A stretch of DNA of 64,000 nucleotides from an uncultured Actinomycetota bacterium (GCA_963822805.1 CAWGIV010000002.1:43973-107972), one strand, 5' to 3'. Shown: positions 11,796 through 22,583, counted from the first letter of the stretch. Numbers and translations are program-made. Notes: a model not told the origin generated them from the sequence alone.

Positions 11796-11889
11796 CACCG
11801 TGAGTCGCATGTTTCGCCGCCATGAGTCCGCCTTTTCGACGCGCTGAGTCGCATGTTTCGCCACGGTGAGTTTGCGTTTTCGACGTGGG
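11796..11889. repeat. 22-bp-period tandem repeat in A-B-A-B arrangement
   Basis: tgagt recurs at 11801, 11823, 11845, 11867; units 1 and 3 are tgagtcgcatgtttcgcc, units 2 and 4 are tgagt..ttttcgacg. Confidence 0.8.
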
Positions 11890-11940
11890 CGCAGACAGGC
11901 GCCTCTTGAGGGATTGTTGAACAATACCTACGATGCGCGT

Positions 11941-12693
11941 GTGCTTGATCTCAACTCCGATCTCGGTGAGTCCTTCGGCCGCTGGGTCCTCGGCGACGAC
12001 GAGGCCATGCTCGGGCTCATCACGTCGGCCAACGTCGCGTGCGGCTTCCACGCGGGGGACGCGACGACGCTGCGGCGCACGTGTGCGCTGGCCGCCAAGC
12101 ATGGCGTCGTTGTCGGAGCGCAGGTCGGGTACCGCGATCTCGCCGGTTTCGGGCGCCGGTTCGTCGACATGGATCCCGGCGAGCTCGCCGACGACGTGCT
12201 GTACCAGATCGGCGCGTTGGAGGCTTTCTGCCGCGTGGCCGGGACGCGCGTACGGTACGTCAAGCCGCACGGTGCCCTTTACAACGCAACGGTCCACCAT
12301 GAGGCGCAGGCACGCGCGGTGGTCGCGGCCGTGCGGGCGTACGACGCGGCGCTGCCGCTGCTCGGCCTCCCCGGCTCCCGGCTGCTCGCTGAGGCCGAGG
12401 CGGCGGGCTTGCGCGCGGTGCCGGAGTTCTTCGTCGACCGTGGATATACGCCAGAGGGCACGCTGGTTCCGCGGTCGCAGGAGGGCGCGCTGCTGCACGA
12501 CCCGGCGGAGGTGACGGCGCGGGTGTTACGGATGGTCGGCGAGGGCGTCGTGGCCGCGGTGGACGGCACCGACGTGGCCGTCCGGGCCGAGTCGGCGTGT
12601 GTGCACGGCGACTCGCCGGGCGCGGTCGCGATGGCCGCGGCCGTTCGCGACGGCCTGACCGCGGCGGGGGTGGCTCTGCATGCGTTCGTCTGA
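11941..12693 (+). CDS. pxpA: 5-oxoprolinase subunit A (LamB/YcsF)
   Basis: [33 protein letters not shown]. Confidence 0.92.
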   Translation: MLDLNSDLGESFGRWVLGDDEAMLGLITSANVACGFHAGDATTLRRTCALAAKHGVVVGAQVGYRDLAGFGRRFVDMDPGELADDVLYQIGALEAFCRVAGTRVRYVKPHGALYNATVHHEAQARAVVAAVRAYDAALPLLGLPGSRLLAEAEAAGLRAVPEFFVDRGYTPEGTLVPRSQEGALLHDPAEVTARVLRMVGEGVVAAVDGTDVAVRAESACVHGDSPGAVAMAAAVRDGLTAAGVALHAFV

Positions 12694-14395
12694 GCAGACG
12701 GTCGACGGCGGGCCGCGGGCGTCGGCGATGGGGGCCGCGGCGGTCCCCCGGACCGGCGCCGGGGAGGCAGGCGGCGGGCCGCGGGTGTCGGCGCTGGGGG
12801 ACGCGGCGATCCTCGTGGAGCTCGCCGACCTCGACGCCGTGCTCGCCCACGCCGCCGCGATCGAGGCGGCGGACTGGCCGGGCGTGGTCGACGTCGTGCC
12901 GGGGGCGCGGACCGTGGTGGTCATCGTCCACCCCGGCACCGACCTCGGCGCGCTGCGCCGGGCCGTCCTCGAGTTGGCCATCGCGCCGGTCACGGCGGAG
13001 GAGGGGGCGACCGTCGAGATCCCCGTCGTCTACGACGGTCCGGACCTGGCCGAGGTCGGCGAGCTGACCGGGCTCGACGCCGACGAGGTGGTCGCCGCGC
13101 ACACCGGCACGCCGTGGCGGGTCGGATTCGGGGGCTTCGCGCCCGGCTTCGCGTACCTGACCGGCGGCGATCCGCGCCTGCACGTGGAGCGGCGGGCCCA
13201 GCCGCGCACGAGCGTGCCGGCCGGGGCGGTGGGGCTCGCGGGTGAGTTCAGCGGGATCTACCCCCGCAGCTCGCCGGGTGGCTGGCAGCTGATCGGTCGG
13301 ACGGACGCCGTGCTGTGGGACGCCGCGCGCACCCCTCCGGCGCTGCTGACGCCGGGTGCGCAGGTCCGCTTCGTCGCCCGGTCGACGCCGGATCCCGAGG
13401 CGGGCCCCGCGGAGGGGCCGTCGGCTGCGGCGGGCCGCGCGGAGCGGGCCTCGGCCGCGGCGGCTCGCGAGGAGTGGACCCCAGCCGCAATGGCCGAGCG
13501 GGCGGGCGCCGCCGCGGGCCCGGCCGTCGCGTCGCTGCGGGCCTTGGAGGTCGTGCGCGTCGGGCCGCTGGCCTTGGTGCAGGACCTCGGCCGCCCCGGC
13601 CACGCCGCGGTGGGGGTGCCCCGCTCCGGCGCCGCCGACCGGGCGGCGTTGCGCTTGGCCAACCGGCTCGTCGCCAACGACGAGGGTGCCGCCGCCGTCG
13701 AGGTCCTCCTCGGCGGCCTCGCGGTGCGTGCGCACGGGCTGCGCACCGTGGCGCTCACGGGCGCTGCCGCCCCGGCCGACGTCGACCGCACCCCGGTCGC
13801 CCACCACAGCGTGATCACCCTGCGCCCCGGCCAGACCCTCACCCTCGGCCCACCCCCCACCGGCCTACGCAGCTACCTCGCCGTCCGCGGCGGCCTCGTC
13901 GTCGACGCCGTACTCGGCTCGGCCAGCAGCGACACCCTGTCCGGCCTCGGCCCGGCGCCGCTCGCGGCAGGCGACGTGCTGACCGTCGGCGCCGAGCCCG
14001 ACCGCCCGTGGTTGTTGGACCTCGCCCCTGTCGCCCCGCCCACCGGCGACCCGGTCACGCTGCGCGCCGTCCGCGGACCCCGCGCCGACTGGATCGCCGA
14101 CCCCGCCGCGCTCACCCACACCACCTGGACCGTCTCCAGCCGCAGCGACCGCGTCGGCATGCGCCTCGAGGGCGAGCCGCTGCGCCGCACCGACCGCCCC
14201 GAGCTGCCCAGCGAAGGCATGGTCCGCGGCGCGGTCCAGGTGCCGCCGGGCGGCGAGCCGGTGGTGTTCCTCGCCGACCACCCCGTCACCGGCGGATACC
14301 CGGTCGTGGCCGTCGTCGTCGACACCGACGTCGACCGAGCCGCCCAGATCCGCCCCGGCCAGTCCGTCCGCTTCCGACTCGTGGAGGCCCCGTGA
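12680..14395 (+). CDS. fused 5-oxoprolinase subunits B+C (urea amidolyase related)
   Basis: [18 protein letters not shown] in the B half; [24 protein letters not shown] in the C half. Confidence 0.9.
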   Translation: MRSSEQTVDGGPRASAMGAAAVPRTGAGEAGGGPRVSALGDAAILVELADLDAVLAHAAAIEAADWPGVVDVVPGARTVVVIVHPGTDLGALRRAVLELAIAPVTAEEGATVEIPVVYDGPDLAEVGELTGLDADEVVAAHTGTPWRVGFGGFAPGFAYLTGGDPRLHVERRAQPRTSVPAGAVGLAGEFSGIYPRSSPGGWQLIGRTDAVLWDAARTPPALLTPGAQVRFVARSTPDPEAGPAEGPSAAAGRAERASAAAAREEWTPAAMAERAGAAAGPAVASLRALEVVRVGPLALVQDLGRPGHAAVGVPRSGAADRAALRLANRLVANDEGAAAVEVLLGGLAVRAHGLRTVALTGAAAPADVDRTPVAHHSVITLRPGQTLTLGPPPTGLRSYLAVRGGLVVDAVLGSASSDTLSGLGPAPLAAGDVLTVGAEPDRPWLLDLAPVAPPTGDPVTLRAVRGPRADWIADPAALTHTTWTVSSRSDRVGMRLEGEPLRRTDRPELPSEGMVRGAVQVPPGGEPVVFLADHPVTGGYPVVAVVVDTDVDRAAQIRPGQSVRFRLVEAP

Positions 14396-15153
14396 TCCCC
14401 CGCGACGCCCGCGCCCGCTTCCGTGCAGGCCTCGTCACCCCGACCGCGGGTTGGTGCGACGGCTACACGCAGGCCAACCTGATCGCCGTTCCCCGCGACC
14501 TGGCCTGGGACTTCCTCCTGTTCGCCCAACGCAACCCCCGGCCCTGCCCGGTGCTCGACGTGCTCGACGTAGGCGCCGTCGCCGGCCCGCTCGCCGACGG
14601 CGACATCCGCACCGACGTCCCCCGCTACCGCGTCTGGGTGGACGGCGAGCTCGTCGCCGAGCCGACCGACGTCCGGCACGTCTGGCGCGCCGACCTCGTC
14701 AGCTTCCTCATCGGCTGCAGCTTCACCTTCGAAGGCGCGCTGGCCGCGGCGGGAGTGCCGCTGCGGCACATCGAGCAGGGCGTGAACGTGCCGATGTACC
14801 GGACGTCGTGGCGCTGCCGGGCGGCGGGCGCGGTGGCGGGTCCGCTGGTGGTGTCGATGCGGCCCGTCCCCGCCGACCTGGTGGCGACCGCGACCGCGGT
14901 CACCGCGCGCTTCCCGGCCGTGCACGGCGCACCGGTGCACGTCGGCGACCCCGCCGAGCTGGGCATCGCCGACCTCGACGCCCCCGACCACGGCGATCCC
15001 GTCGCCCGCGAGCGCGGCGACGTGCCGATGTTCTGGGCGTGCGGCGTGACGCCGCAGGAGGCGGTGATGGAGTCACGGCCGCCGTTCGCCATCACGCACG
15101 CGCCCGGCCACATGCTGATCACCGACGTCCGCGACGTGACCTACAAGGTCTGA
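14392..15153 (+). CDS. putative hydro-lyase, DUF1445/YcsI (D-glutamate cyclase-like)
   Basis: [35 protein letters not shown]; GTGA overlap with upstream gene. Confidence 0.88.
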   Translation: MIPRDARARFRAGLVTPTAGWCDGYTQANLIAVPRDLAWDFLLFAQRNPRPCPVLDVLDVGAVAGPLADGDIRTDVPRYRVWVDGELVAEPTDVRHVWRADLVSFLIGCSFTFEGALAAAGVPLRHIEQGVNVPMYRTSWRCRAAGAVAGPLVVSMRPVPADLVATATAVTARFPAVHGAPVHVGDPAELGIADLDAPDHGDPVARERGDVPMFWACGVTPQEAVMESRPPFAITHAPGHMLITDVRDVTYKV

Positions 15154-15202
15154 CCCGGCATCGGAGCTGACGACCGGGAGCGGTGGGGCTAGCGTACGAA
15201 GC

Positions 15203-16006
15203 ATGATCACCGTTACCGGAGTCACCGGAAGGCTCGGCCGCATCGTCCTCGACGACCTGCGCAGCCGCGTGCCCGCCGACCAGCTCGCGGCCGTCGCCCG
15301 CACCCCGGAGCATGCCGCCGACGCAGGCGTGGAGGTCCGCCGCGGCGACTACGACGACCCGGCCTCGCTCCGCGCCGCCTTCGCCGGGACCGACGTGCTC
15401 CTGCTCGTCTCCTCCCCGGACGTGACGCCGGGGGTGCGCCCGCGCCAGCACGGCAACGCGATCACCGCGGCCGTCGAGGCGGGCGTCGGCCGCGTCGTCT
15501 ACACCAGCGGCACCCACGCCAAGGACGGGCCGCCCTTCCTCCGCGACCACGGCGCCACCGAGGACCTCCTCGCCGCGGCGGGTGTGCCGTTCACGATCCT
15601 GCGCAACACGTTCTACGAGGAGGCGCTGGTGAACCCGGGACTGCGCGCGGCCGTGGCCGCGGGCGAGCTGCTCGGCGCGGACAAGGGGGTGCCGGTCAAC
15701 TTCGCCACGCTGCACGACCTCGGGCTCGCCGCGTCGACCGTCCTGACCTCCGAAGGACACGCGGGCGCGGTCTACGAGCTGTGCGGTCCGCTGTGGACGG
15801 TGTCCGAGCTCGCGGCGACCGTCGCCGACGTGGCGGGCACCCCGGTGGCCTACCGCGCGGTCGACTCCGTCGCGCTCGGGCCTGCCGCCTTCGTGCACGA
15901 CCTCATCGCCGAGGGCCTGTTCCGCGACTCGCCCGACGACCTGGCGAAGCTGTTGGGCCGCGCCCCCACGCCGCTGCGCGACGCCGTGGCCGCAGCCTTG
16001 CGCTGA
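15203..16006 (+). CDS. NmrA-like NAD(P)H-binding oxidoreductase
   Basis: ITVTGVTGRLG, GDYDDPASL. Confidence 0.85.
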   Translation: MITVTGVTGRLGRIVLDDLRSRVPADQLAAVARTPEHAADAGVEVRRGDYDDPASLRAAFAGTDVLLLVSSPDVTPGVRPRQHGNAITAAVEAGVGRVVYTSGTHAKDGPPFLRDHGATEDLLAAAGVPFTILRNTFYEEALVNPGLRAAVAAGELLGADKGVPVNFATLHDLGLAASTVLTSEGHAGAVYELCGPLWTVSELAATVADVAGTPVAYRAVDSVALGPAAFVHDLIAEGLFRDSPDDLAKLLGRAPTPLRDAVAAALR

Positions 16007-16007
16007 G

Positions 16008-17579
16008 TCAGGTGGCGAGCCGCGCGTGCTTGTCCCGCAGCTCCCGCTTGAGGATCTTCCCGCTCGGGTTCTTCGGCAACTCGTCGGCGAGCACGACGTA
16101 CTTCGGCCGCTTGTAGCCCGCCAGCTTTGCCTTGGCGTGCGCGTGCACGTCGTCCTCGGTGAGCTCCACCCCGGGCTTCGGCACGACGACCGCCGTCACC
16201 GCCTCGATCCACGTCGGGTGGCTGATCCCGAACACGGCGACCTCGGCGACCCCGGCCAGCTCGTAGATCGCCTCCTCCACCTCCCGCGACGCCACGTTCT
16301 CGCCACCGGTCTTGATCATGTCCTTCTTGCGGTCGACCACCGACAGGTAGCCGTCCTCGGTCATGACGCCCAGGTCGCCGGAGTGGAACCAGCCGCCGCG
16401 GAACGCCTCGGCGGTCTTCTCTTCGTTCTCGTAGTAGCCCAGCGTGGCGTGCGGGGACCGGTGGACGATCTCGCCGACCTCGCCCGCGGGCACCGGCCGC
16501 CCGGCGTCGTCGACCAGGATCGTCTCGACGTTGATCGACGCGCGGCCCGCGGACCCGGCGTGCGCCACCTGCTCGTCGGGCCGCAGGATCGTGGCGAGCG
16601 GGGACATCTCGGTCTGGCCGTAGAAGTTCCAGAACCGCACGTCGGGCAGCCGCCGTCCCAGCTCCCTGAGCACCTCGACGGGCATCGGCGACGCCCCGTA
16701 GTACCCCTTGCGCAGCGACGAGAGGTCGCGGGTTGCGAAGTCGTGGTGACGCAGCAGCGAGATCCACACCGTCGGCGGGCAGAACAGCTTCGTCACCTTC
16801 TCCCGCTCGACAGTGGCCAGCAGGGCGGCGGGCTCGGGCGCGGGCAGGATGATGCTCGTGGCGCCGAGGTAGACGTCGACGGAGAAGAAGCAGTCCAGCT
16901 GCGCGCAGTGGTACATCGGCAGCGAGTGCGCCTCGACGTCGTCGGCGGCCATCTCGCCGTCGATGATGCACGACACGTACTGGCTGATCAGCGACCGCGA
17001 CGGCAGCAGCACCCCCTTGGGCCGCGACTCCGTGCCGCTCGTGTACATCAGCCGCAACGGGTCGTCGTCGGCCACCGCGACCTCGGGGTCGGCGGCCGGG
17101 CCCGCGCTCCACCAGTCGCGCACGTCCTCCCAGCCCTCCCTTTCGCCCCCGATCCGCCCGCGCACCTTCATCGGCGAGTCGCCGACCGCCTGCTCCGCCG
17201 TGGCGATCAGCGCGTCGTCCGCGACCATCGCCGACGCTCCCGAGTGGCCGAGGATGTAGGCGATCTCGTCGGCGTTCAGCATGAAGTTGATCGGCACGAG
17301 CACCACGCCGAGCTTCGCCGTGGCGAACACCAGCACCGCGAACGACCAGGAGTTGCGCCCGAGCAGCGCGAGTCGGTCGCCCTTGTGGAGGCCCCGGGCG
17401 GCCAGCGCGCCCGCGGCCCGGTTCACCGCCGCGTCGAACTCGGCGAAGGTGTAGCGCTCGTCGCCGTAGACGACGGCGAGCTTGTCGGGCGAGCGCCGGG
17501 CGGTGCGACGCAGGAGGTCGCCCACCGAGTGCTGTCGGGCCCGCGCGACCGCGGCGGTGGTGTCGGCGCTGAACGGCAT
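16008..17579 (-). CDS. acyl-CoA synthetase (AMP-forming)
   Basis: YTSGTESRPKG, YGQTE, FHSGDLG, PKNPSGKILK; ATG at 17579. Confidence 0.93.
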   Translation of the reverse strand: MPFSADTTAAVARARQHSVGDLLRRTARRSPDKLAVVYGDERYTFAEFDAAVNRAAGALAARGLHKGDRLALLGRNSWSFAVLVFATAKLGVVLVPINFMLNADEIAYILGHSGASAMVADDALIATAEQAVGDSPMKVRGRIGGEREGWEDVRDWWSAGPAADPEVAVADDDPLRLMYTSGTESRPKGVLLPSRSLISQYVSCIIDGEMAADDVEAHSLPMYHCAQLDCFFSVDVYLGATSIILPAPEPAALLATVEREKVTKLFCPPTVWISLLRHHDFATRDLSSLRKGYYGASPMPVEVLRELGRRLPDVRFWNFYGQTEMSPLATILRPDEQVAHAGSAGRASINVETILVDDAGRPVPAGEVGEIVHRSPHATLGYYENEEKTAEAFRGGWFHSGDLGVMTEDGYLSVVDRKKDMIKTGGENVASREVEEAIYELAGVAEVAVFGISHPTWIEAVTAVVVPKPGVELTEDDVHAHAKAKLAGYKRPKYVVLADELPKNPSGKILKRELRDKHARLAT

Positions 17580-17626
17580 GGGGCCACGGTAGATGCCCCA
17601 GCAACCACCGGCGTGCGACGCCGCGG

Positions 17627-18412
17627 TCAGTGCAGGTGTCGCCGCAGCCACTCGACAGCCAGCCGGTCCACCGTGGCGGCGTGGGGCAGCGGCCGGTCGT
17701 CCGGGTCGGCGAGCTCGTGGGGCATGTCGGGCACGGTCACGAGATCCACGCGGGACGGGTCGGCGTACCGCTTGGCCAGCGCCTCCCGCAGCTCGGCCGC
17801 TGCGTCGCGGAGGGCCACGTCGTCCCGTTCGCCGACGATCAGCCGGACGGCGGGCGCGGTGGCGGCGGTCTCCTCGGCGCGGGCGACGAAGTCCAGCCGG
17901 TCGGCGATCTCCGTGGCCGCGGGGTGCCAGCGGTAGGTGACGCCGAAGCGGCGCTCGTTGGCGGCCACCACCGCGCGCAGCCGGGTGACCGGGCTGACCA
18001 GGACCTCGGCGACGACGTCGGCCCGGTCGAGCGCAACCAGTTGCGCCACCGCCGCGCCCAGCGAGCCGCCCAGCACCGCGAGCGGCCCGCGGAAGCCGAA
18101 CCGGTCGGCCAGCGCGGCGTAGGCGGCCGGGAACTCGGCAGCGGCCTGCGCGGTGATGGGGCCGAAGAGGTTGCCGACCGCGTCCTCGAAGCCCAGCCGC
18201 AGGTACTCGTCGTGGTCGATGCTTCGCGACGAGTGCATCGGCAGGCCGAGGTAGATCCGCCACGCGTCGAGCCCGGTGAGGGGCAGCGCGGCGGCGAGGG
18301 CGGTCTCCGAACGCGGCGGGTCGGCCAGGTGCCACGCCACGACGACGGGTGCGTCCGGCCGCTCGCGCTCCGGCGGGATGGCGACGTACGGAACTCCAGC
18401 AGCTAATTGCAC
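17627..18412 (-). CDS. alpha/beta-hydrolase fold protein
   Basis: GGSLG nucleophile elbow, GERDD and MPH; divergent from a TetR. Confidence 0.7.
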   Translation of the reverse strand: MQLAAGVPYVAIPPERERPDAPVVVAWHLADPPRSETALAAALPLTGLDAWRIYLGLPMHSSRSIDHDEYLRLGFEDAVGNLFGPITAQAAAEFPAAYAALADRFGFRGPLAVLGGSLGAAVAQLVALDRADVVAEVLVSPVTRLRAVVAANERRFGVTYRWHPAATEIADRLDFVARAEETAATAPAVRLIVGERDDVALRDAAAELREALAKRYADPSRVDLVTVPDMPHELADPDDRPLPHAATVDRLAVEWLRRHLH

Positions 18413-18424
18413 GTCGTCCAATTT

Positions 18425-18441
18425 ACTGGACAATGTACAGT
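18425..18441. promoter_or_regulatory. imperfect palindrome, probable TetR operator
   Basis: ACTGGACA-A-TGTACAGT in the 35-bp gap between the divergent hydrolase and TetR genes. Confidence 0.6.
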
Positions 18442-18447
18442 TGCGCA

Positions 18448-19026
18448 ATGCCGCGAGGCCCCGGACACCGGGCGGGCCTGACCCGCGCCGCCGTGCTCGA
18501 CACCGCCCATGCCCTGCTCGCCGAGGAGGGCCTCGACGCGCTGACGATGCGTGCGCTCGCGCGGCGGCTCGGCGTCGCGCCGAACGCGCTCTACAGCCAC
18601 GTGCCGGGCAAGACCGAGCTGGTCGATGCGTTGCTGGACGACCGGCTCTCGCTGGTCGAGGAGCCCGCGCCGGACGCGCCGGACCCGGTCGCGGCGCTGG
18701 TCGTGCTGCTGACCTCGACGTACCAGGTGCTGCTGGCCCAGCCCGGGCTGGTGCCGCTCTACCTCGCCCGGCAGGGCTCCCGGGGGCCGAACGCCGTGCG
18801 GCTGGGGGTGACGATGGACGCGCTCCTCGCCCGGCTCGGGCTGGCCGCGGAGGCGATCCCGTCCGCCCGCCGTGCGCTGATCCTGCACGCGATCGGCGGT
18901 GCGGCGTTCGCGGGAGCGGACGGGCCGGTGCCCGCGGAGACGGCCCGGGCCGACTTCGCCCGCTCTCTGCGCTGGCTGCTGGCGGGCGTCGCGGGTGACG
19001 CCCGCGCCTCTCCCTGCAAGCAGTGA
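18448..19026 (+). CDS. TetR-family regulator
   Basis: GLDALTMRALARRLGVAPNALYSHV HTH. Confidence 0.9.
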   Translation: MPRGPGHRAGLTRAAVLDTAHALLAEEGLDALTMRALARRLGVAPNALYSHVPGKTELVDALLDDRLSLVEEPAPDAPDPVAALVVLLTSTYQVLLAQPGLVPLYLARQGSRGPNAVRLGVTMDALLARLGLAAEAIPSARRALILHAIGGAAFAGADGPVPAETARADFARSLRWLLAGVAGDARASPCKQ

Positions 19027-19088
19027 TCGTCAGTTGGGTGCGGATCCGGCCGAATCTGGCACGGAAACGCGCCGAAACGGTGATCATG
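19022..19088. repeat. 67-bp palindromic element, copy 2
   Basis: gtgatcgtcagttgggtgcggatccggccgaatctggc...gaaacggtgatcatg between convergent genes. Confidence 0.8.
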
Positions 19089-19109
19089 GCCGGTGAGGCT
19101 GTGTGCGGG

Positions 19110-19877
19110 CTAGGCCGTCAGTACCCGGGCGCCCTCGGGCACGACGGCGATCGTGTGCTCCGCGTGGGCCGCGCGGGAGCCGTCCGCGGTGCGGATCGTC
19201 CACCCGTCGGGGTCGTGGCGGTAGCCGTCGGTGCCGCCCGCGATCAGCATCGGCTCGATCGCGATCACCAATCCCGGCTGCAGCTTGAGGCCGCGGCGCG
19301 GCTTTCCCTCATTGGGCACGTGCGGCTCCTCGTGCATCGACCGGCCGACGCCGTGCCCGCCATGGTCGGCCAGCATCCCGAACCCGGCGCCGCGGGCGAC
19401 CGTGCCGACGGCGTGCGCGACGTCACCCATCCGCGCCCCCGGCGCCATGGCCGCGATCCCGGCGGCGAGGGCGCGTTCGGTGGCGTCGATCAGGGCGAGG
19501 TCGCGCGGGTCGGGCCGGTCGCCGACCACCACGCTGACCGCCGCGTCCGCGCACCAGCCGTCGAGGTGGACGGCGAAGTCGACGGACAGGAGGTCGCCCC
19601 CTTTCAACGCGCGCTTGCCCGGCACGCCGTGCACGACGGCGTCGTTGACGCTGATGCACGTGACGGCCGGGTACGGCCCCGGCGCCCAGCGCGGGTGGTA
19701 GCCGCGGAAGCTCGACACCGCGCCCGCGTCGGCGATCATGTCGGACGCGATGTCGTCGAGCTGGCGGGGCGTGACGCCGGGCGCGGCCTTCTCCCGCAGC
19801 GCCGCCAGCACGTCGGCAACCACCCGGCCCGCTGCCGCGATCGCGTCGATCTCACCGGGCGTCTTCAGCTCGATCAC
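19110..19877 (-). CDS. map: methionine aminopeptidase type I
   Basis: CISVNDAVVHG, GHGVG..MHEEP, AIEPM, AHAEHT. Confidence 0.95.
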   Translation of the reverse strand: MIELKTPGEIDAIAAAGRVVADVLAALREKAAPGVTPRQLDDIASDMIADAGAVSSFRGYHPRWAPGPYPAVTCISVNDAVVHGVPGKRALKGGDLLSVDFAVHLDGWCADAAVSVVVGDRPDPRDLALIDATERALAAGIAAMAPGARMGDVAHAVGTVARGAGFGMLADHGGHGVGRSMHEEPHVPNEGKPRRGLKLQPGLVIAIEPMLIAGGTDGYRHDPDGWTIRTADGSRAAHAEHTIAVVPEGARVLTA

Positions 19878-19941
19878 GCGTCCACGATAGGCCCGTCACG
19901 GCAGGGCCGACACCACGCCCGGTGCCACCGATCCCACCGGC

Positions 19942-20045
19942 GTCATCACCGGCTCGGTCCGGGAGGCGTGATCGGCGGCTGGGCGCGGGAGGCGTGATCA
20001 CTGGCTCGGGTGCGGGAGGCGTGATCGGCGGCTCGGTGCGCGAGG
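19942..20045. repeat. ~26-bp tandem repeats resembling the left arm of the 67-bp element
   Basis: four units of approx. gtgatc(a/g)..ggctcggtgcgggaggc directly before copy 3. Confidence 0.7.
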
Positions 20046-20112
20046 CATGATCACCGGTTCGGTGCGGGAAGCGGCCAGATCCGGCCGGATACGCGCCGAA
20101 CCGGTGATCATG
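20046..20112. repeat. 67-bp palindromic element, copy 3 (inverted, best-conserved arms)
   Basis: catgatcaccggttcggtgcg...cgcgccgaaccggtgatcatg. Confidence 0.8.
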
Positions 20113-20138
20113 GCCGGCCAAGGCGGGGCAAGCCTCCG

Positions 20139-20232
20139 GTCATGGGCGGTCCGGGCGGGTCAGCTCGGTGGTCATGGGCGGTCCGGGCAGGGTCAGCGCC
20201 GTGGTCCTGGGCGGTCAGGGCAGGGTCAGCGC
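20139..20232. repeat. ~33-bp tandem triplication containing the 3' end of the oxidoreductase gene
   Basis: gtc(a/c)tgggcggtc(c/a)gggcagggtcagc recurs three times. Confidence 0.7.
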
Positions 20233-21133
20233 CACCTTCCCGAGCACATGGCCGCCCTCCACCGCGCGCATCGCGGCGGGCGCCTGCTCGAACGGGTACA
20301 CCTCGCTGACATGCGGGTCCAGCTCGCCCGCGGCCACCAGCCGGACCAGCGCGGTGAGCACCGCGGTGCTGCGCTCGCGCGGCACCTCGTCCCCGCCCAG
20401 CTCCCGGACCAGCGGCTTGTCCGCCACCGAGCGCAGCCGTTTGGGGTCGACCAGGCCCGCGACGGCGCGCAGCGCGTCGCCGCCGACCAGGTCGAACACC
20501 GCGTCGACGCCGTCCGGGGCGACCGCGCGCACCCGCTCGGCCACGCCGTCGCCGTACGTCACTGGAACCGTGCCCAGGCGCGCCAGGAGCGACTGCTTCG
20601 CCGGGCTCGCCGTGCCGACCACCCGCAGCCTCCGCGCCCGCGCCAGCTGCACCACCGGCAGGCCGACCCCGCCGCCCGCGCCGTTGACCAGCAGTGTCGC
20701 CCCCGGCGGCAGGTCGAACGCCGTGAGCGCGTCGTACGCCGTGCCCGCGGCCACCGGCAACACCGCCGCCGCCGAAGGCGCCACGGAGGACGGCCGGTGC
20801 GCCGCGAACCCCGCCGTGACGCGGGCCAGCGGTGCGAACCCGCCCTGCATGTCCGGGCAGCCGCCGAACACCTCGTCGCCGATGGCGAAGCCGGACACCC
20901 CCGGCCCGAGCGCCGCGACCGTGCCCGCCACCTCCCGGCCCAGCACGGCGGGCGCCACGTCGCCGTAGGCGCCCTCGCGCAGCCGCCAGTCGCCCGGGTT
21001 CACCCCCGCGGCCCGCGTCCGCACCAGCATCTCGCCCGCGCCCGCGACCGGCTCCGGGACGTCGAGAAACGCCTCGCACCCCGGCCCGCCGGACCTGACA
21101 TCGCCTCAGTGAACGGACGCCGGACGCCCACAT
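20215..21133 (-). pseudogene. NADP-dependent (MDR/quinone reductase-like) oxidoreductase with disrupted 5' end
   Basis: Body intact (AAGVNPGDW, NGAGGGVG, GHVLGKV). Conserved GGP..FLDVPEP lies upstream of ATG 21030, but the coupled ATG at 21133 is out of frame and an in-frame TGA intervenes. Confidence 0.6.
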
Positions 21134-22299
21134 CACACCGCCGCCCTCAGCGTCGATTTCAGCCCGGCCAACCGCGACACCGCCTCGGTGAGCACTTCGT
21201 CGCGCTTGCAGAACGCGAACCGCACCAGGGTGCGGCCCAGCTCGGGGTGGACGCAGAACACCGACACCGGCACCGCCGCCACCCCGATCAGCTCGGGCAG
21301 CCGCCAGCAGAACTCGACGCCGTCGCTCACCCCCAGCGGCGCCGCATCGGTGACGACGAAGTACGTGCCCGCGCTCGGGTACACCGCGAACCCGGCCGCG
21401 CGCAGCCCGGCCGCCAGCAGGTCGCGCTTGCGCTGCAGGTTCGTCGCCAGGTCGGCGTAGAACGCGTCGGGCAGGCCCAGCGCGGTGGCGATCGCGGGCT
21501 GGAACGGCGCGCCTGAGACATACGTCAAGAACTGCTTCGCCGCCTTCACCGCCGCCACCAGCTCGCGCGGCCCGTGGATCCACCCGACCTTCCAGCCCGT
21601 GACGGAGAACGTCTTGCCCGCCGAGGAGATCGTCAGCGTGCGCTCGGCCATCCCCGGCAGGCCCGCCATCGGCACGTGCCGCCGTCCGTCGTAGAGCATG
21701 TGCTCGTACACCTCGTCGGTGACGACCACCGCGCCGAACTCGGTCGCGAGCGCGCCGATCGTCGTCAGCTGTTCTGCGGTGAACACTGCGCCCGTCGGGT
21801 TGTGGGGGGTGTTGACCAGCACGAGCTTGGTGCGCGGCGAGAACGCGGCGCGCAGCTCGTCGGGGTCGAAGCCGAACGTCGGCGGCCGCAGCGGCACAGG
21901 TCGCAACACCGCGCCCGCGAGCGCGATGGTGGCGGCGTAGGAGTCGTAGAACGGCTCGAACGCGACGACCTCGTCACCCGGCTCACAGAACCCCAGCACG
22001 GCGGACGCGATGGCCTCGGTGGCGCCGGTGGTGATCAGCACGTCGTCGGGGTCGACGGCGAGGCCGTGGAACCGGCGCTGATGTTCGGCGACGGCGGTGC
22101 GCAAAGCGGGCACCCCCGGCCCCGGCGGGTACTGGTTGATGCCGCCGGTGATGTTGGCGGCGGCGTCGGCGAGGAGCGACGGCGGCCCGTCGGTGTCCGG
22201 GAAGCCCTGCCCGAGGTTGATCGCGCCGGTGCGTAGCGCCAGCGCCGACATCTCGGCGAAAATCGTCGACGTGTACGGGCGCATCCGCTCTACCAGCAT
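21133..22299 (-). CDS. PLP-dependent aminotransferase (DapC-like)
   Basis: NLGQGFPD, NTPHNPTG, DEVYE, SAGKTFSVTGWKVG. Confidence 0.92.
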   Translation of the reverse strand: MLVERMRPYTSTIFAEMSALALRTGAINLGQGFPDTDGPPSLLADAAANITGGINQYPPGPGVPALRTAVAEHQRRFHGLAVDPDDVLITTGATEAIASAVLGFCEPGDEVVAFEPFYDSYAATIALAGAVLRPVPLRPPTFGFDPDELRAAFSPRTKLVLVNTPHNPTGAVFTAEQLTTIGALATEFGAVVVTDEVYEHMLYDGRRHVPMAGLPGMAERTLTISSAGKTFSVTGWKVGWIHGPRELVAAVKAAKQFLTYVSGAPFQPAIATALGLPDAFYADLATNLQRKRDLLAAGLRAAGFAVYPSAGTYFVVTDAAPLGVSDGVEFCWRLPELIGVAAVPVSVFCVHPELGRTLVRFAFCKRDEVLTEAVSRLAGLKSTLRAAV

Positions 22300-22313
22300 G
22301 GCGAGACGTTAGC

Positions 22314-22583
22314 TCAGGCGCGTCCTGGGGACCCGAAGCCGAGCCTGCGGTGGAACGCGGCCACCAGCGCGCCGCCTGCGATGCCGATTCCCAGCATCGC
22401 GACCGCGACGGAGGCGATCACCGCTCCCATGACCATCACGACCAGCCCGACCGCCAACAGCATCGACGGCGCTTTGATCCGACGTCTGCCCAGCCGCGCG
22501 AACAGCCGCACGAGCTCGGGATCGGAGCGGCGCAGCTCCTGCTCGATGCTCTCGAGGACTCGGCGTTCGCGGTCGCTCATCAC
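22314..22583 (-). CDS. DUF3040-like small membrane protein
   Basis: SDRERRVLESIEQELRRSDPEL followed by two TM segments. Confidence 0.8.
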   Translation of the reverse strand: MMSDRERRVLESIEQELRRSDPELVRLFARLGRRRIKAPSMLLAVGLVVMVMGAVIASVAVAMLGIGIAGGALVAAFHRRLGFGSPGRA

